From a virus (taxonomy: Duplodnaviria; Caudoviricetes): 63,865 bases of DNA. The DNA lies in IMG/VR virus record IMGVR_UViG_3300031857_000159, positions 1-63,865 of that record. One strand, given 5' to 3'. Positions 10,055 to 19,337 of the stretch are shown here, one piece after another. The position numbers and the translations under genes were made by a program. Below the pieces are notes generated by a model that saw only the letters and a list, made by a program, of their open reading frames with translations, was not told the DNA's origin and ran no database searches. The stretch's first letter is position 1; each line of letters starts with the position of its first letter.

Positions 10055-11524
10055 ATGAATATTAATATTAACAGAGGCACATGGTCAGGCGATTGCACTG
10101 ACGAAAACGATTTGATGTTAAATCAAATTAAATATCCAGCAATTAGAAAAATGTTGGAATACAAAGATCAACGTATGGTTTCTACATTACTAGTAAACGG
10201 AGCGGTTGGTCCTTACGGAGTAAAAGACGTACCTAGTTCATATCTTCCTTCATTAGAAGAAGGTAAAATGGTAGCTGATAATGCTTACCGTTTTAACATT
10301 ATGGGTCGTATCCAAAAAGCTTCTAACATTTTATCACAAGTTGGAGCTACATCTTCTGATGGAACTTTCCAATTAGTATTATCTGATAACTATTTAGTAC
10401 CGGGAATGAACGCTGTATTTTATGGTGGTCGTTTTACTGCTCGCGTAATGGGATACCCTGTTGGAACTTCAGGAAACTATACTTACACTTTCCAATCTCC
10501 AAACGGTGAATTATTTAACTACGCTACTCATGTTGCTGCACAACCGGGCGTTAAAACTTGTTTTGGAAGTTATTCTTCTTACGGAGAGGCTTCTTTACGC
10601 GGTTACGGACGTTCACATTTCCCTGATACTTATATCAACCACACTACTATCCAACGTAAAACTGTTTCTATCACTGGTACAGCTTTATCTGATGTATTAT
10701 GGTATGAAGTTGAATCGGAAAATGGACCAATAAAAGGATGGATGTATGAGCAATTACAACAAGCTCGTGCGCAATTCTTAATGGAGCGTGAATACCAAAG
10801 ATGGTTCGGTATCTCTACAATGAAAGATGCTAACGGTGCTTTATTACCTATATCGCGTTTAATTGACCCTGAAACAGGAAAAGGAATTATTGCAGGTGAT
10901 GGTTTAGAAGAGCAAATCAAAGGTGGTAACGAAATTTACGGTTCAGGTGTAAACGGAGAAGCTACTGAAGATGATTTCTCTGATATGATGAAAGCTATCC
11001 GTAAAAAATCGGATATGATTTCAGGTTTAACTTACGTGTTTGTAACAGGTGAAGATGGTTTCTCTAATGCACAGAAGAAAATGGCTGCATTAAACGTTAA
11101 TCAAAACATTCAGTTATTCCGTAACGTTGCTGATGTAAACAAAGCAGGTGGCGACCAACCACAAGCGGGTGTTACTTTCTCAAACTTCAACATTGATGGT
11201 GATACTGTATGGTTCATCAAGCATCCAATGTTTGACGATGAAGAGCGTTTCCCTGAAAGAGGTAATGACGGTAAATTATTAATGTCTTCTAACTACTACT
11301 GTTTAACAGTTGGTCAAGGTGCATCTAAAAACATGGATGTATTTGCTAAAGGTGGTAAGAATGGTGTTAATCGTTCATTCGTTAATCAAGAGTTCAATGG
11401 TATGACTGGTTCTCAAGGAGCTATCATGTCTGAAGAAGATGCAAAAAAATATGCAATGTTAACTGAAGACTTACTTGTTATCTACAATACTAACAAGTGT
11501 GGTATCATTTACAAATCTGCATAA
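10055..11524 (+). CDS. major capsid protein (crAss-like)
   Basis: position, 489 aa, strong codon bias, GDGLEEQI and F.TG..G motifs, F.KHPMFDD; terminator follows. Confidence 0.85.
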   Translation: MNININRGTWSGDCTDENDLMLNQIKYPAIRKMLEYKDQRMVSTLLVNGAVGPYGVKDVPSSYLPSLEEGKMVADNAYRFNIMGRIQKASNILSQVGATSSDGTFQLVLSDNYLVPGMNAVFYGGRFTARVMGYPVGTSGNYTYTFQSPNGELFNYATHVAAQPGVKTCFGSYSSYGEASLRGYGRSHFPDTYINHTTIQRKTVSITGTALSDVLWYEVESENGPIKGWMYEQLQQARAQFLMEREYQRWFGISTMKDANGALLPISRLIDPETGKGIIAGDGLEEQIKGGNEIYGSGVNGEATEDDFSDMMKAIRKKSDMISGLTYVFVTGEDGFSNAQKKMAALNVNQNIQLFRNVADVNKAGGDQPQAGVTFSNFNIDGDTVWFIKHPMFDDEERFPERGNDGKLLMSSNYYCLTVGQGASKNMDVFAKGGKNGVNRSFVNQEFNGMTGSQGAIMSEEDAKKYAMLTEDLLVIYNTNKCGIIYKSA

Positions 11525-11543
11525 TTAGTTCTTTAAAATAATA

Positions 11544-11575
11544 AAGTCCCCCTTTGAAATATAAGGGGGATTTTT
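11544..11575 (+). terminator. intrinsic terminator after major capsid gene
   Basis: TCCCCCTT-loop-AAGGGGGA followed by T5. Confidence 0.8.
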
Positions 11576-11597
11576 AATAAACAAAATAATAAAAAAA

Positions 11598-12695
11598 ATG
11601 AATACACTTCAATTATCTGACAGTGGAGCTGTCATGGAAGAAAATGCGCCGATGTTTAAAGTTATTAAAGACGGACACGGCTTTGAATTAAAAGTTGCAA
11701 ACTTAGACAATCCAACATGGTGCCCTAATACAGGGATTGTAAAAATAGAAGCAACAAAGATAAGTTCAAGAAATAATAAAAATGTAATTATTAAGACTGT
11801 TAACGATAAGCAAACTGGAGCGATATTCGGTATTGATATTGGAGTTGATAGAGTTACAAAAGATATTATTTGGGAACGAATCAATTTAAAAGAATTTGAG
11901 TTCTTTGATTTATCAAACAGAAAAGAAAGAGCAAGGTACATCGTATTAAGTCGTCATTACACAATGGAGGGAAGTCCTAATCAATTCGGTAAACCTAATT
12001 GGAGAGTAATTGACCAACAAAGAAAAGCAAGCACTTATCTTGAAGAAAGAGGAGAAAGAAAGAGAGCTGCTGAAGTTGCCGAGAACTTAACGTACGAACA
12101 AATGGTAGATTTAGCACCTGCATTTGGTATTCGTCCTGAAGCTCATTCACAAACTATGCTAACGGCTGAAATTTACAAAATAGCTGATACTGACCACAAG
12201 AAGTTCTTGACAATTTGGGACAACCCTGACAAACAAGGAATGGTTGTATTCAAAAGAGCGTTGAAAAACGGATTAATATCTTTTGACCAAACTTACGGAT
12301 ATACTTACGAGGGTCAAGTATTGGGTAAAACAGAACCGCAAGCATTCTCTTATTTAACTAGAAACATACAATTACTTTCTGCTATTGATATGTTATCAAA
12401 AGAAAAAGAAACTAATTCAAGCCATTCTTACAGCCCGGTAGTTCCTAAACAGGTTAATCCTATGGAAGAACTTAAAAAGCAATTAGAGGCAAAAGAAAAA
12501 GAATTAGAAGAATTAAAAAAGAAAGTAGTTATAACAAATACAACGGTTAACACTGTAACTGCCGAAACAAATCCTGAAAAAGAAGAGCTTGTAAAAGAAG
12601 CTAAAAATTTAGGAATAAAAGGTAGTCATTTATTTGGTTTGCAAAAACTAAAAGATGAAATAGAGAAAGCCAAAAAAGAACAAGAAACAAAATAA
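11598..12695 (+). CDS. conserved post-capsid protein with C-terminal Rho-N-like helical motif
   Basis: synteny with crAss-like capsid module; EELVKEAKNLGIKG...KLKDEI motif. Confidence 0.55.
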   Translation: MNTLQLSDSGAVMEENAPMFKVIKDGHGFELKVANLDNPTWCPNTGIVKIEATKISSRNNKNVIIKTVNDKQTGAIFGIDIGVDRVTKDIIWERINLKEFEFFDLSNRKERARYIVLSRHYTMEGSPNQFGKPNWRVIDQQRKASTYLEERGERKRAAEVAENLTYEQMVDLAPAFGIRPEAHSQTMLTAEIYKIADTDHKKFLTIWDNPDKQGMVVFKRALKNGLISFDQTYGYTYEGQVLGKTEPQAFSYLTRNIQLLSAIDMLSKEKETNSSHSYSPVVPKQVNPMEELKKQLEAKEKELEELKKKVVITNTTVNTVTAETNPEKEELVKEAKNLGIKGSHLFGLQKLKDEIEKAKKEQETK

Positions 12696-12700
12696 ATAAA

Positions 12701-12722
12701 GGCGGCTATATGCCGCTTTTTT
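12701..12722 (+). terminator. intrinsic terminator
   Basis: GCGGC-TATAT-GCCGC followed by T6. Confidence 0.7.
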
Positions 12723-12735
12723 AAATTTTATAAGC

Positions 12736-13518
12736 ATGAATATTATTCAAATGATGGAAAGAATTGACTTTTACAATGATAGGTATAAGTCAGCGCGTTT
12801 TGCGGATTCAAATTACATGGACGCTATAAACGCATCTGTAAACTCTTTATTTAAAGACAAAACAGACAACAAAAAGTTGTTTAGAAGATATTCTTTTCAG
12901 AGTAATGAACAAGTAAGGCGTGAATTATACACGTTAATTAAAACTTCAACAATAGTTCCAACAGCAAACAAGAATGTAGTTTACCCTGCTGATTTTTATT
13001 ATTTTGGAAATATGTACACGACTGTTGATGGAAATGTAATTTATTGTAAGCCTACTAATTTAAACGAAATAGGACCAATACAATTTGATCCTTTCCGTAA
13101 ACCAACTCCTAAAAAAACATATTACATTGAGAATGATTTAGGATTGGACGTTTATTTCGGTAATGGTTCGTTTACGAGCGCAACTATGACTTATTTAAAA
13201 ACTCCTGATACCGTATCAATAGGTACAGAAAGTGATAAAAAATATCCAGCTTCAACATTAACTTCAGGCGTACAATACATAGTATATGAGGATTGCGTTT
13301 TTAATGGTGTAACTTATTACGTAGGAAGTATTTTTACGGCAAGCGTAACGGCTGCATTAACGTCGGGTGTTGTTATTCCAAATTCAGTAATTGTTAATTG
13401 CGATATGCCAGAAAACATTCATGACGAAATATGCAAAATGGCTTCTGAAATAATGAATGGAACTATTGAAGATTACAATAAATCCGTGTTCTTACAAAAG
13501 GAAATTGAAAAACAATAA
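12736..13518 (+). CDS. head-tail adaptor / ring protein
   Basis: TYLKTP and CDMPENIHDEIC.MA motifs typical of crAss ring proteins. Confidence 0.65.
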   Translation: MNIIQMMERIDFYNDRYKSARFADSNYMDAINASVNSLFKDKTDNKKLFRRYSFQSNEQVRRELYTLIKTSTIVPTANKNVVYPADFYYFGNMYTTVDGNVIYCKPTNLNEIGPIQFDPFRKPTPKKTYYIENDLGLDVYFGNGSFTSATMTYLKTPDTVSIGTESDKKYPASTLTSGVQYIVYEDCVFNGVTYYVGSIFTASVTAALTSGVVIPNSVIVNCDMPENIHDEICKMASEIMNGTIEDYNKSVFLQKEIEKQ

Positions 13519-13547
13519 TTTGTTGAAAAGTAACAAACCTTATTTAG

Positions 13548-13576
13548 ATTTAGATTAATTATAAATAATATATTTG
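13548..13576 (+). promoter_or_regulatory. promoter (TATATTTG 13569-13576) with adjacent Fur-box-like 19-mer (13548-13566)
   Basis: ATTTAGATTAATTATAAAT directly upstream of the -7 element. Confidence 0.55.
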
Positions 13577-13608
13577 TAATATTATAAACCAATTAAAAAC
13601 AAGAAAAC

Positions 13609-15228
13609 ATGAGTTTAAAACCAGCACTTCAGTCTATCTTGTTGAAGACATCTTCAGCAGCAGACTTAAAGTACAGTGGTAGAGAGTTAACTATCACAGG
13701 GGCTAACCGTGCAATTAATGTTGATAGAATCGTTTCTATTAAACAAGAAAAGTACAGAGCCGAAGTAGTACAAGTTGTAGAAGCAGGATTAGGATCTTAT
13801 ACTCCTACTGCATCAACTAAGTACACAATTTTATTAGGGGATGTTAATCGTGTAATTCAAGGTGGTCACGAAGTATTGTTGCCATACTCTTACACAACTC
13901 CTTCAGATTTAACATTAATCGGATTAAGTGCTGCTACGCAACGTGAGTACATTCACGGCAGAATCATTGACGCTATTAATGCAAATCTAAACAATTACGT
14001 AACTGCCGCTACTTTAACAGGTGGTGCAGGATTTACAATCACTGACGAATCAGGTTACTATCCTGTTCACGGACAAAACCAATCAAATCGTTTAGGAGCA
14101 ACGACAGTTATTCCTGCAATGAACAATGATGGTTCAGGTTTCGGTTCGGCTTCTGTGGCTGTAACTACTGCTGCTGTTTATTCATTCGGTGTAGGTGAAG
14201 AATTGTTAGCTCAAAAACCTGTAATGTATAACATGGCAGGAAACCTTGCAACTGGTGTATTTACTGCTCCAAGAACTGCAAATGGTCAATACGCTGTAAG
14301 TGGACAAAATTACGATGGTTTCCGTATCGAAACATTGGAATTACAATCTGCTCATAACGTAACAGGTCAGTGGGCTTTAGTTCCTTACGAAACAATCGTT
14401 TACGTTGATAATGGTACAGGTGGAAACCCTACTAACCTTGCAGGATTTGAAGCTTTTGAAAGAGCTTTCCATGCTTTGGTTATTAAATATTTTAGTGCAA
14501 GTCCTTCAACTTTCGCAACTTTATTTAGTTCACCTGCTGCATTTTCAAGTGTAAAAGTTGCTTTAACAGGTGTTCCTACCGTGAACGGAGTTCCTTCAGG
14601 CGCAACAGGTGATATTAACGCTATCCAAAATGACGAAGCGACATTATCTTATTCAATTCTTGGTGCGGGTCAAACTAAAATTGTACCTACTTTCACTAAT
14701 ACAGGATTGCAGTTAGATTTAGACGCTGCTAATAACGAAGGCGCTGAATACTCTGCTCCTTTAGAAACAAATTGTCCAAAAGAGTTTGTTGTAGGAAAAC
14801 AAGCATTTTCATTAGTTACTAAATTGAGCATTGCTGACGTGTCAAGCACAGATGATTGCGCATTTGGTTTCCGTAAAAAAGAAGCTTATCAAGCGAATAT
14901 TGATGATTATAACGATATGGCTTGTTTAAATGTTATTTCAGGTGATATTAAAATTGAAACAATTTTAAATAACGCTGCAACAACCACGACTGACACAACT
15001 GAAAACTGGGCAGATACAGAAACTCATACTCTTGAAGTTTATGTAGATGTTAATGGTGCAGTAACTTACAAAATTGATGGTTACGCTCCTGCTACAACCG
15101 CTGCATTTAGCTTTACAGCAGATACGGTTTTAGTTCCTTTTGGTTACGTTTTAAATGCTGCTGCTTCAGCGCCGACAGTTGTTGTTAGCGAGTTTGCTGC
15201 ATTACCTTCTAACGATTGGAGAATCTAA
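13609..15228 (+). CDS. highly expressed virion protein (auxiliary capsid/decoration) with C-terminal lectin-like beta domain
   Basis: own promoter and terminator, capsid-like codon bias, Thr/Ala/Gly-rich; HTLEVYVD..G.V.YKIDG ConA-like motif. Confidence 0.55.
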   Translation: MSLKPALQSILLKTSSAADLKYSGRELTITGANRAINVDRIVSIKQEKYRAEVVQVVEAGLGSYTPTASTKYTILLGDVNRVIQGGHEVLLPYSYTTPSDLTLIGLSAATQREYIHGRIIDAINANLNNYVTAATLTGGAGFTITDESGYYPVHGQNQSNRLGATTVIPAMNNDGSGFGSASVAVTTAAVYSFGVGEELLAQKPVMYNMAGNLATGVFTAPRTANGQYAVSGQNYDGFRIETLELQSAHNVTGQWALVPYETIVYVDNGTGGNPTNLAGFEAFERAFHALVIKYFSASPSTFATLFSSPAAFSSVKVALTGVPTVNGVPSGATGDINAIQNDEATLSYSILGAGQTKIVPTFTNTGLQLDLDAANNEGAEYSAPLETNCPKEFVVGKQAFSLVTKLSIADVSSTDDCAFGFRKKEAYQANIDDYNDMACLNVISGDIKIETILNNAATTTTDTTENWADTETHTLEVYVDVNGAVTYKIDGYAPATTAAFSFTADTVLVPFGYVLNAAASAPTVVVSEFAALPSNDWRI

Positions 15229-15246
15229 TCAACCCAATAAATAATA

Positions 15247-15277
15247 AGGGGTGATGTAAAAGTCCCCCTTTTTTTTT
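15247..15277 (+). terminator. intrinsic terminator
   Basis: AAGGGG...CCCCTT followed by a long T run. Confidence 0.75.
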
Positions 15278-15289
15278 AAAAAATAAAAA

Positions 15290-15745
15290 ATGGCAAACAT
15301 TGTTGAAATAATAAAAACATTTAATGTTCAATTGGCATTAAAAAACATCTATTCTAAAATAGATGAAATTATCAGAAAATTAAACGATAGTGAACCTAAG
15401 TATAAAGTATATACTGCCTTATTAACTCAAACAGGAATAGACGCTCCTGTTGCTACTGTATTAGAAAATACTTTAGGTTATAATATAACTTGGGAATATG
15501 TAAACATTGGTGTATATAAATCATTAGGTATTGTCGGTACTTTTAAAGATGGTAAATTTGGACTTATTCAAGGAGCAGGAAATTCAAGCAGTTTGGTTTC
15601 TTTATGGGGTTATAATAGTTCAATGGACTTTTCAGAAATGTTATTAGAGTGTTATGACTTAGGAAATGTAAATTCACCTGGTGGATTGCAGTTAAAAGAT
15701 GATATCCTAGTGAATCAGTTTATAGAAATAAGAGTATATAACTAA
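15290..15745 (+). CDS. virion fibre/spike protein
   Basis: YKVYTALLTQTG..AP..LENTLG...IEIRVY fibre tip motif; N-terminus shared with 16101. Confidence 0.6.
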   Translation: MANIVEIIKTFNVQLALKNIYSKIDEIIRKLNDSEPKYKVYTALLTQTGIDAPVATVLENTLGYNITWEYVNIGVYKSLGIVGTFKDGKFGLIQGAGNSSSLVSLWGYNSSMDFSEMLLECYDLGNVNSPGGLQLKDDILVNQFIEIRVYN

Positions 15746-15759
15746 TTAAAATATAAAAA

Positions 15760-16098
15760 ATGAATACTCAAGATAAAAACACATTATATAGATTATTAGC
15801 GGGTAAAGATTTGATAGCTTGCGGATATGAAAAATTATCATTATCGGCAGGCGCAGAAGCTTTAACTATTCCTACGGGAGCAACTTACGCCGAATTAAGA
15901 TTAGAAAGTGATGTAACTACTCAAGTTGCAGCAAGATATTTAATGTTAGGAACTACAACATTACCTACATCTTCGGTAGGCATGGCGTTAAACAATTTAG
16001 ATTTTTTCGACATTAATAACGGAACCAACTTAGTTAATTTTAGAATCATACAAGCTGTTGCAGGAACTCACGTATTGCATATCCAATACTACAAATAA
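15760..16098 (+). CDS. small beta-rich virion protein
   Basis: within fibre module. Confidence 0.6.
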   Translation: MNTQDKNTLYRLLAGKDLIACGYEKLSLSAGAEALTIPTGATYAELRLESDVTTQVAARYLMLGTTTLPTSSVGMALNNLDFFDINNGTNLVNFRIIQAVAGTHVLHIQYYK

Positions 16099-16100
16099 CA

Positions 16101-17003
16101 ATGGCAAATATCGTAGAAATAATAAAGAATTATAACGTTCAATTAGCGTTAAAAAATATATTTTCTAAGATTGATGAAATTATTAGGTATATTAACAGTA
16201 ATCCAAGTGGAGGAGGTTCGGTAACAAGCGTAACAGCAAGTTCACCATTAACGTCTTCCGGAGGTGATAATCCTAATATTAGCATTTCTTATACGCCTGA
16301 AAATTTAGCAAATAAAGGGGTAGCAAACGGATATGCTCCACTAAGTAGCGATGCAAAAGTAGATGCTGCTTATTTACCTGCTTATGTAGATGAGGTTTTA
16401 GAATACGCAAACTTAGCAGCGTTTCCAGTAACAGGAGCAAGTGATAAAATTTATATCGCATTAGACACGAATAAGGTTTATAGATGGTCAGGTAGTGTTT
16501 ATATTGAAGTAGCTGCAAATAGTGGAGTTTGGGGTGCAATAACAGGAACATTAAGCAACCAAACGGATTTACAGGCTGTTTTAGATTCTAAAAAAGGTTA
16601 TGCTTTACAAATAAGGACTGTTAATGTTTTTAATCCAGCGGATGCAACTAATTATTTTTTAGGCAATGAATCTACACCATTTACATCAAATTCTTGTTTA
16701 GCTGTTTTTCCACCTATTAATGGAACGATAAAAAACATAGTGATAACATCAAGAAATGGGGCAGGAGCTTCAAGTCAAGCGTCTACATTTTCACTTAATA
16801 AATTTGGAGGTGGAGGAGCTGATGTTTTAGTACAGACATTAACGACTACTTACACTTTTAGTTCGGCACAAAACAATCAAAACATAAGTACTAGCATAGC
16901 AGTAACCACATCGGATGCTTTATATATAAAATGGGTTACACCAACATGGACGCCAACTAATCCAACACAAGTTAGATTTAATATTATTTTATACATAGAA
17001 TAA
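16101..17003 (+). CDS. tail fibre protein
   Basis: VTSVTA, NKGVANGYAPL, LPAYVDEV..FPVTG..YRWSGS and WGAITGTLSNQTDL fibre repeats. Confidence 0.75.
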   Translation: MANIVEIIKNYNVQLALKNIFSKIDEIIRYINSNPSGGGSVTSVTASSPLTSSGGDNPNISISYTPENLANKGVANGYAPLSSDAKVDAAYLPAYVDEVLEYANLAAFPVTGASDKIYIALDTNKVYRWSGSVYIEVAANSGVWGAITGTLSNQTDLQAVLDSKKGYALQIRTVNVFNPADATNYFLGNESTPFTSNSCLAVFPPINGTIKNIVITSRNGAGASSQASTFSLNKFGGGGADVLVQTLTTTYTFSSAQNNQNISTSIAVTTSDALYIKWVTPTWTPTNPTQVRFNIILYIE

Positions 17004-17149
17004 TGAATGAATATGAAATAAAATTTGAAAACGAAAAGTATAATATTTATTATTATACGGATGGGAATTTAGAAACAATAGAATTTTATGGTTATTCTTT
17101 AGATGAACCGCAATTAATAATTAGATACGGTTACAAACAAAAACAATAA
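17003..17149 (+). CDS. small 48-aa protein (MNEYEIKFENEK...), possible fibre chaperone; not in ORF track
   Basis: TAATG coupling; fills the gap between fibre genes. Confidence 0.6.
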   Translation: MNEYEIKFENEKYNIYYYTDGNLETIEFYGYSLDEPQLIIRYGYKQKQ

Positions 17150-17152
17150 AAA

Positions 17153-18355
17153 ATGATTTCAGCAATAAAAGATAGCAAGAGAATATTCTCTCAAAACGGA
17201 GGGGGAAGCGGAGGGTCATCAGGTGGTGGCATAACTAATTTTATAGCTTCAGGAACAGATACTTATACGGGTACTGTTACAGGAGTTACAGCCTATAACG
17301 ATGGAGATGCTTATATTGTTAGATTCACTAATGGTAATACAACTTCTGCCACATTAAACATTAATAGCTTAGGTGCTGTTTCATTATATAGAAATAATAA
17401 CGGACCATTAATTGGTGGCGATATTGTTGACGGAGGAGAAATGATTTGTATCTACAATTTAGTTTTAAATGGATTTCAAGTTATCGGAACCGCTCCAAAC
17501 ACTTTACTCTCTTATGTTACAAACGATGATTCTGTAACTTTAACAAAGGGTATGCCTGTATATGCTTTTAGTGGAACAGGAGATAGAATGACTGTAAAAA
17601 GAGCAAATAATACATCTGACGCTACTTCTGCTCAAACTGTTGGACTTGTGTTATCAGCATCTATTGCCGCAGGTCAAAAAGGATTAATAATGATGCAGGG
17701 TTTATTGGACGGATTGTCTATATTGCCTACTGCAACATTTACGGATGGTGACGCTGTATATTTAGGAGCAACAGCGGGAAGTATTACAAATATTAAACCT
17801 TCTGCACCAAACCATTTAGTGTATTTGGGAGTTGTTACAACAGCGAGCAATGGTAGTTCGGGCAGAATGTATGTACGTGTTCAAAACGGGTACGAATTAC
17901 AGGAGCTTCATAACGTTAGCATTAACGCTGGAACATTAGCCAACAATCAAGTTTTAACATACGAATTAGCAACTCAATTATGGAAAAACAAGGGGTCTTT
18001 AATAGAGATACAAGTTGCGGCATCTGATGAAACAACTGCCTTAACAACAGGAACCGCAAAAGTAACATTTAGAACTCCATGTGCAATTACCGTAACGGCA
18101 GTAAGAGCTTCTTTGACAACCGCACAAACAAGTGGAAGTATATTTACGGTTGATATTAATGAGGGAGGGACATCAATATTAAGTACAAAATTAACTATTG
18201 ACAATACTGAAAAAACATCAACAACAGCAGCGACTCCTCCCGTTATAAGTGACACTGCTTTGGCGGATGATGCTGAAATGACTATTGATATAGACCAAAT
18301 AGGTGATGGTACAGCAAAAGGTTTAAAAGTAACTATTATTGGAACAAGAGCATGA
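17153..18355 (+). CDS. tail fibre/spike protein
   Basis: Thr/Gly-rich; ATLNINSLGA, VQNGYELQELHNV and GLKVTIIG fibre modules. Confidence 0.75.
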   Translation: MISAIKDSKRIFSQNGGGSGGSSGGGITNFIASGTDTYTGTVTGVTAYNDGDAYIVRFTNGNTTSATLNINSLGAVSLYRNNNGPLIGGDIVDGGEMICIYNLVLNGFQVIGTAPNTLLSYVTNDDSVTLTKGMPVYAFSGTGDRMTVKRANNTSDATSAQTVGLVLSASIAAGQKGLIMMQGLLDGLSILPTATFTDGDAVYLGATAGSITNIKPSAPNHLVYLGVVTTASNGSSGRMYVRVQNGYELQELHNVSINAGTLANNQVLTYELATQLWKNKGSLIEIQVAASDETTALTTGTAKVTFRTPCAITVTAVRASLTTAQTSGSIFTVDINEGGTSILSTKLTIDNTEKTSTTAATPPVISDTALADDAEMTIDIDQIGDGTAKGLKVTIIGTRA

Positions 18356-19122
18356 TAATAAATCCTTACGTATTTGCAGGACCAACTTATGATACCGATG
18401 CACAGGCTTACTTTACTGCTAACACAGCAATAACAAGTTCAGCAGATAAAAACGCAATTAACAGCTTTTATTTAGGTCTTAAAACTGATGGTGTTTATAC
18501 AAAGATAAATGCAATGTATTTACCATTGTGGAGTTCGGCAACAGCTAACAAATGGAATTTAAAAAATCCATTAGATACAACTGGAGCTTATAGATTAACA
18601 TTCTCAACAGGATGGACACACGCAAGTAGTGGAATGACACCTACAAACGCATACGCTGACACATTTATTTCGGGTACTACTTTTTCAACTACTGTTCATT
18701 TATCTTTTTATTGCGGAACACAAACAGCTTCAGCAGCAGCTGAAATGGGTTCTGTAAGTGCAAGTTCTAATTTATCAATTAGAGTTGGTTCATTGGCTGC
18801 ATTAGGCGGTACAACAACAGTAAGTTACACAACAACAGCAGATAAAAGGGGATGGTGGTTAGCATCAAAACGCAGTAATTCGGACAGAGAATTATACAGA
18901 AATGGAGTAAGTGAGGCAACATTAGCCACATTAATAACAAATGCTTTTGCATCAGGTAATATTTGGATTGGTGCAAATAATAATGGTGGTGCAATTCAGT
19001 TTGCATCTACAAAACAGTGTAGATTTGCATCTATTGGTTTAGGCTTAACAGATACAGAAGCAAGTAATTTTAGCAACAGAGTAAATACATTAATGACTTA
19101 TTTCGGTTTAAATACTTATTAA
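18352..19122 (+). CDS. putative receptor-binding protein, lectin/ConA-like (one domain)
   Basis: MIINPYVF start; LYRNG and ASIGLGLTDTEA motifs. Confidence 0.6.
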   Translation: MIINPYVFAGPTYDTDAQAYFTANTAITSSADKNAINSFYLGLKTDGVYTKINAMYLPLWSSATANKWNLKNPLDTTGAYRLTFSTGWTHASSGMTPTNAYADTFISGTTFSTTVHLSFYCGTQTASAAAEMGSVSASSNLSIRVGSLAALGGTTTVSYTTTADKRGWWLASKRSNSDRELYRNGVSEATLATLITNAFASGNIWIGANNNGGAIQFASTKQCRFASIGLGLTDTEASNFSNRVNTLMTYFGLNTY

Positions 19123-19335
19123 ATGCAATACGGAAGAATAGTAACCAACGAACAAGCAGAACAATTACAGGGAGTATTCTTTGATAGTGATACTTTTTTT
19201 AATTTCGTTCAGGATATAAATGGAGTTTATTTTTTATTTTTAAGTGAACAGGATGAAATTGATATTTTGCCAACTGAATACGCGTATTTATTAGAAATTC
19301 CTTTAAGTCCATACACACCACCAATAGATTATTAA
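19123..19335 (+). CDS. small partner protein (copy 1)
   Basis: near-identical to 20899-21120. Confidence 0.75.
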   Translation: MQYGRIVTNEQAEQLQGVFFDSDTFFNFVQDINGVYFLFLSEQDEIDILPTEYAYLLEIPLSPYTPPIDY

Positions 19336-19337
19336 TT

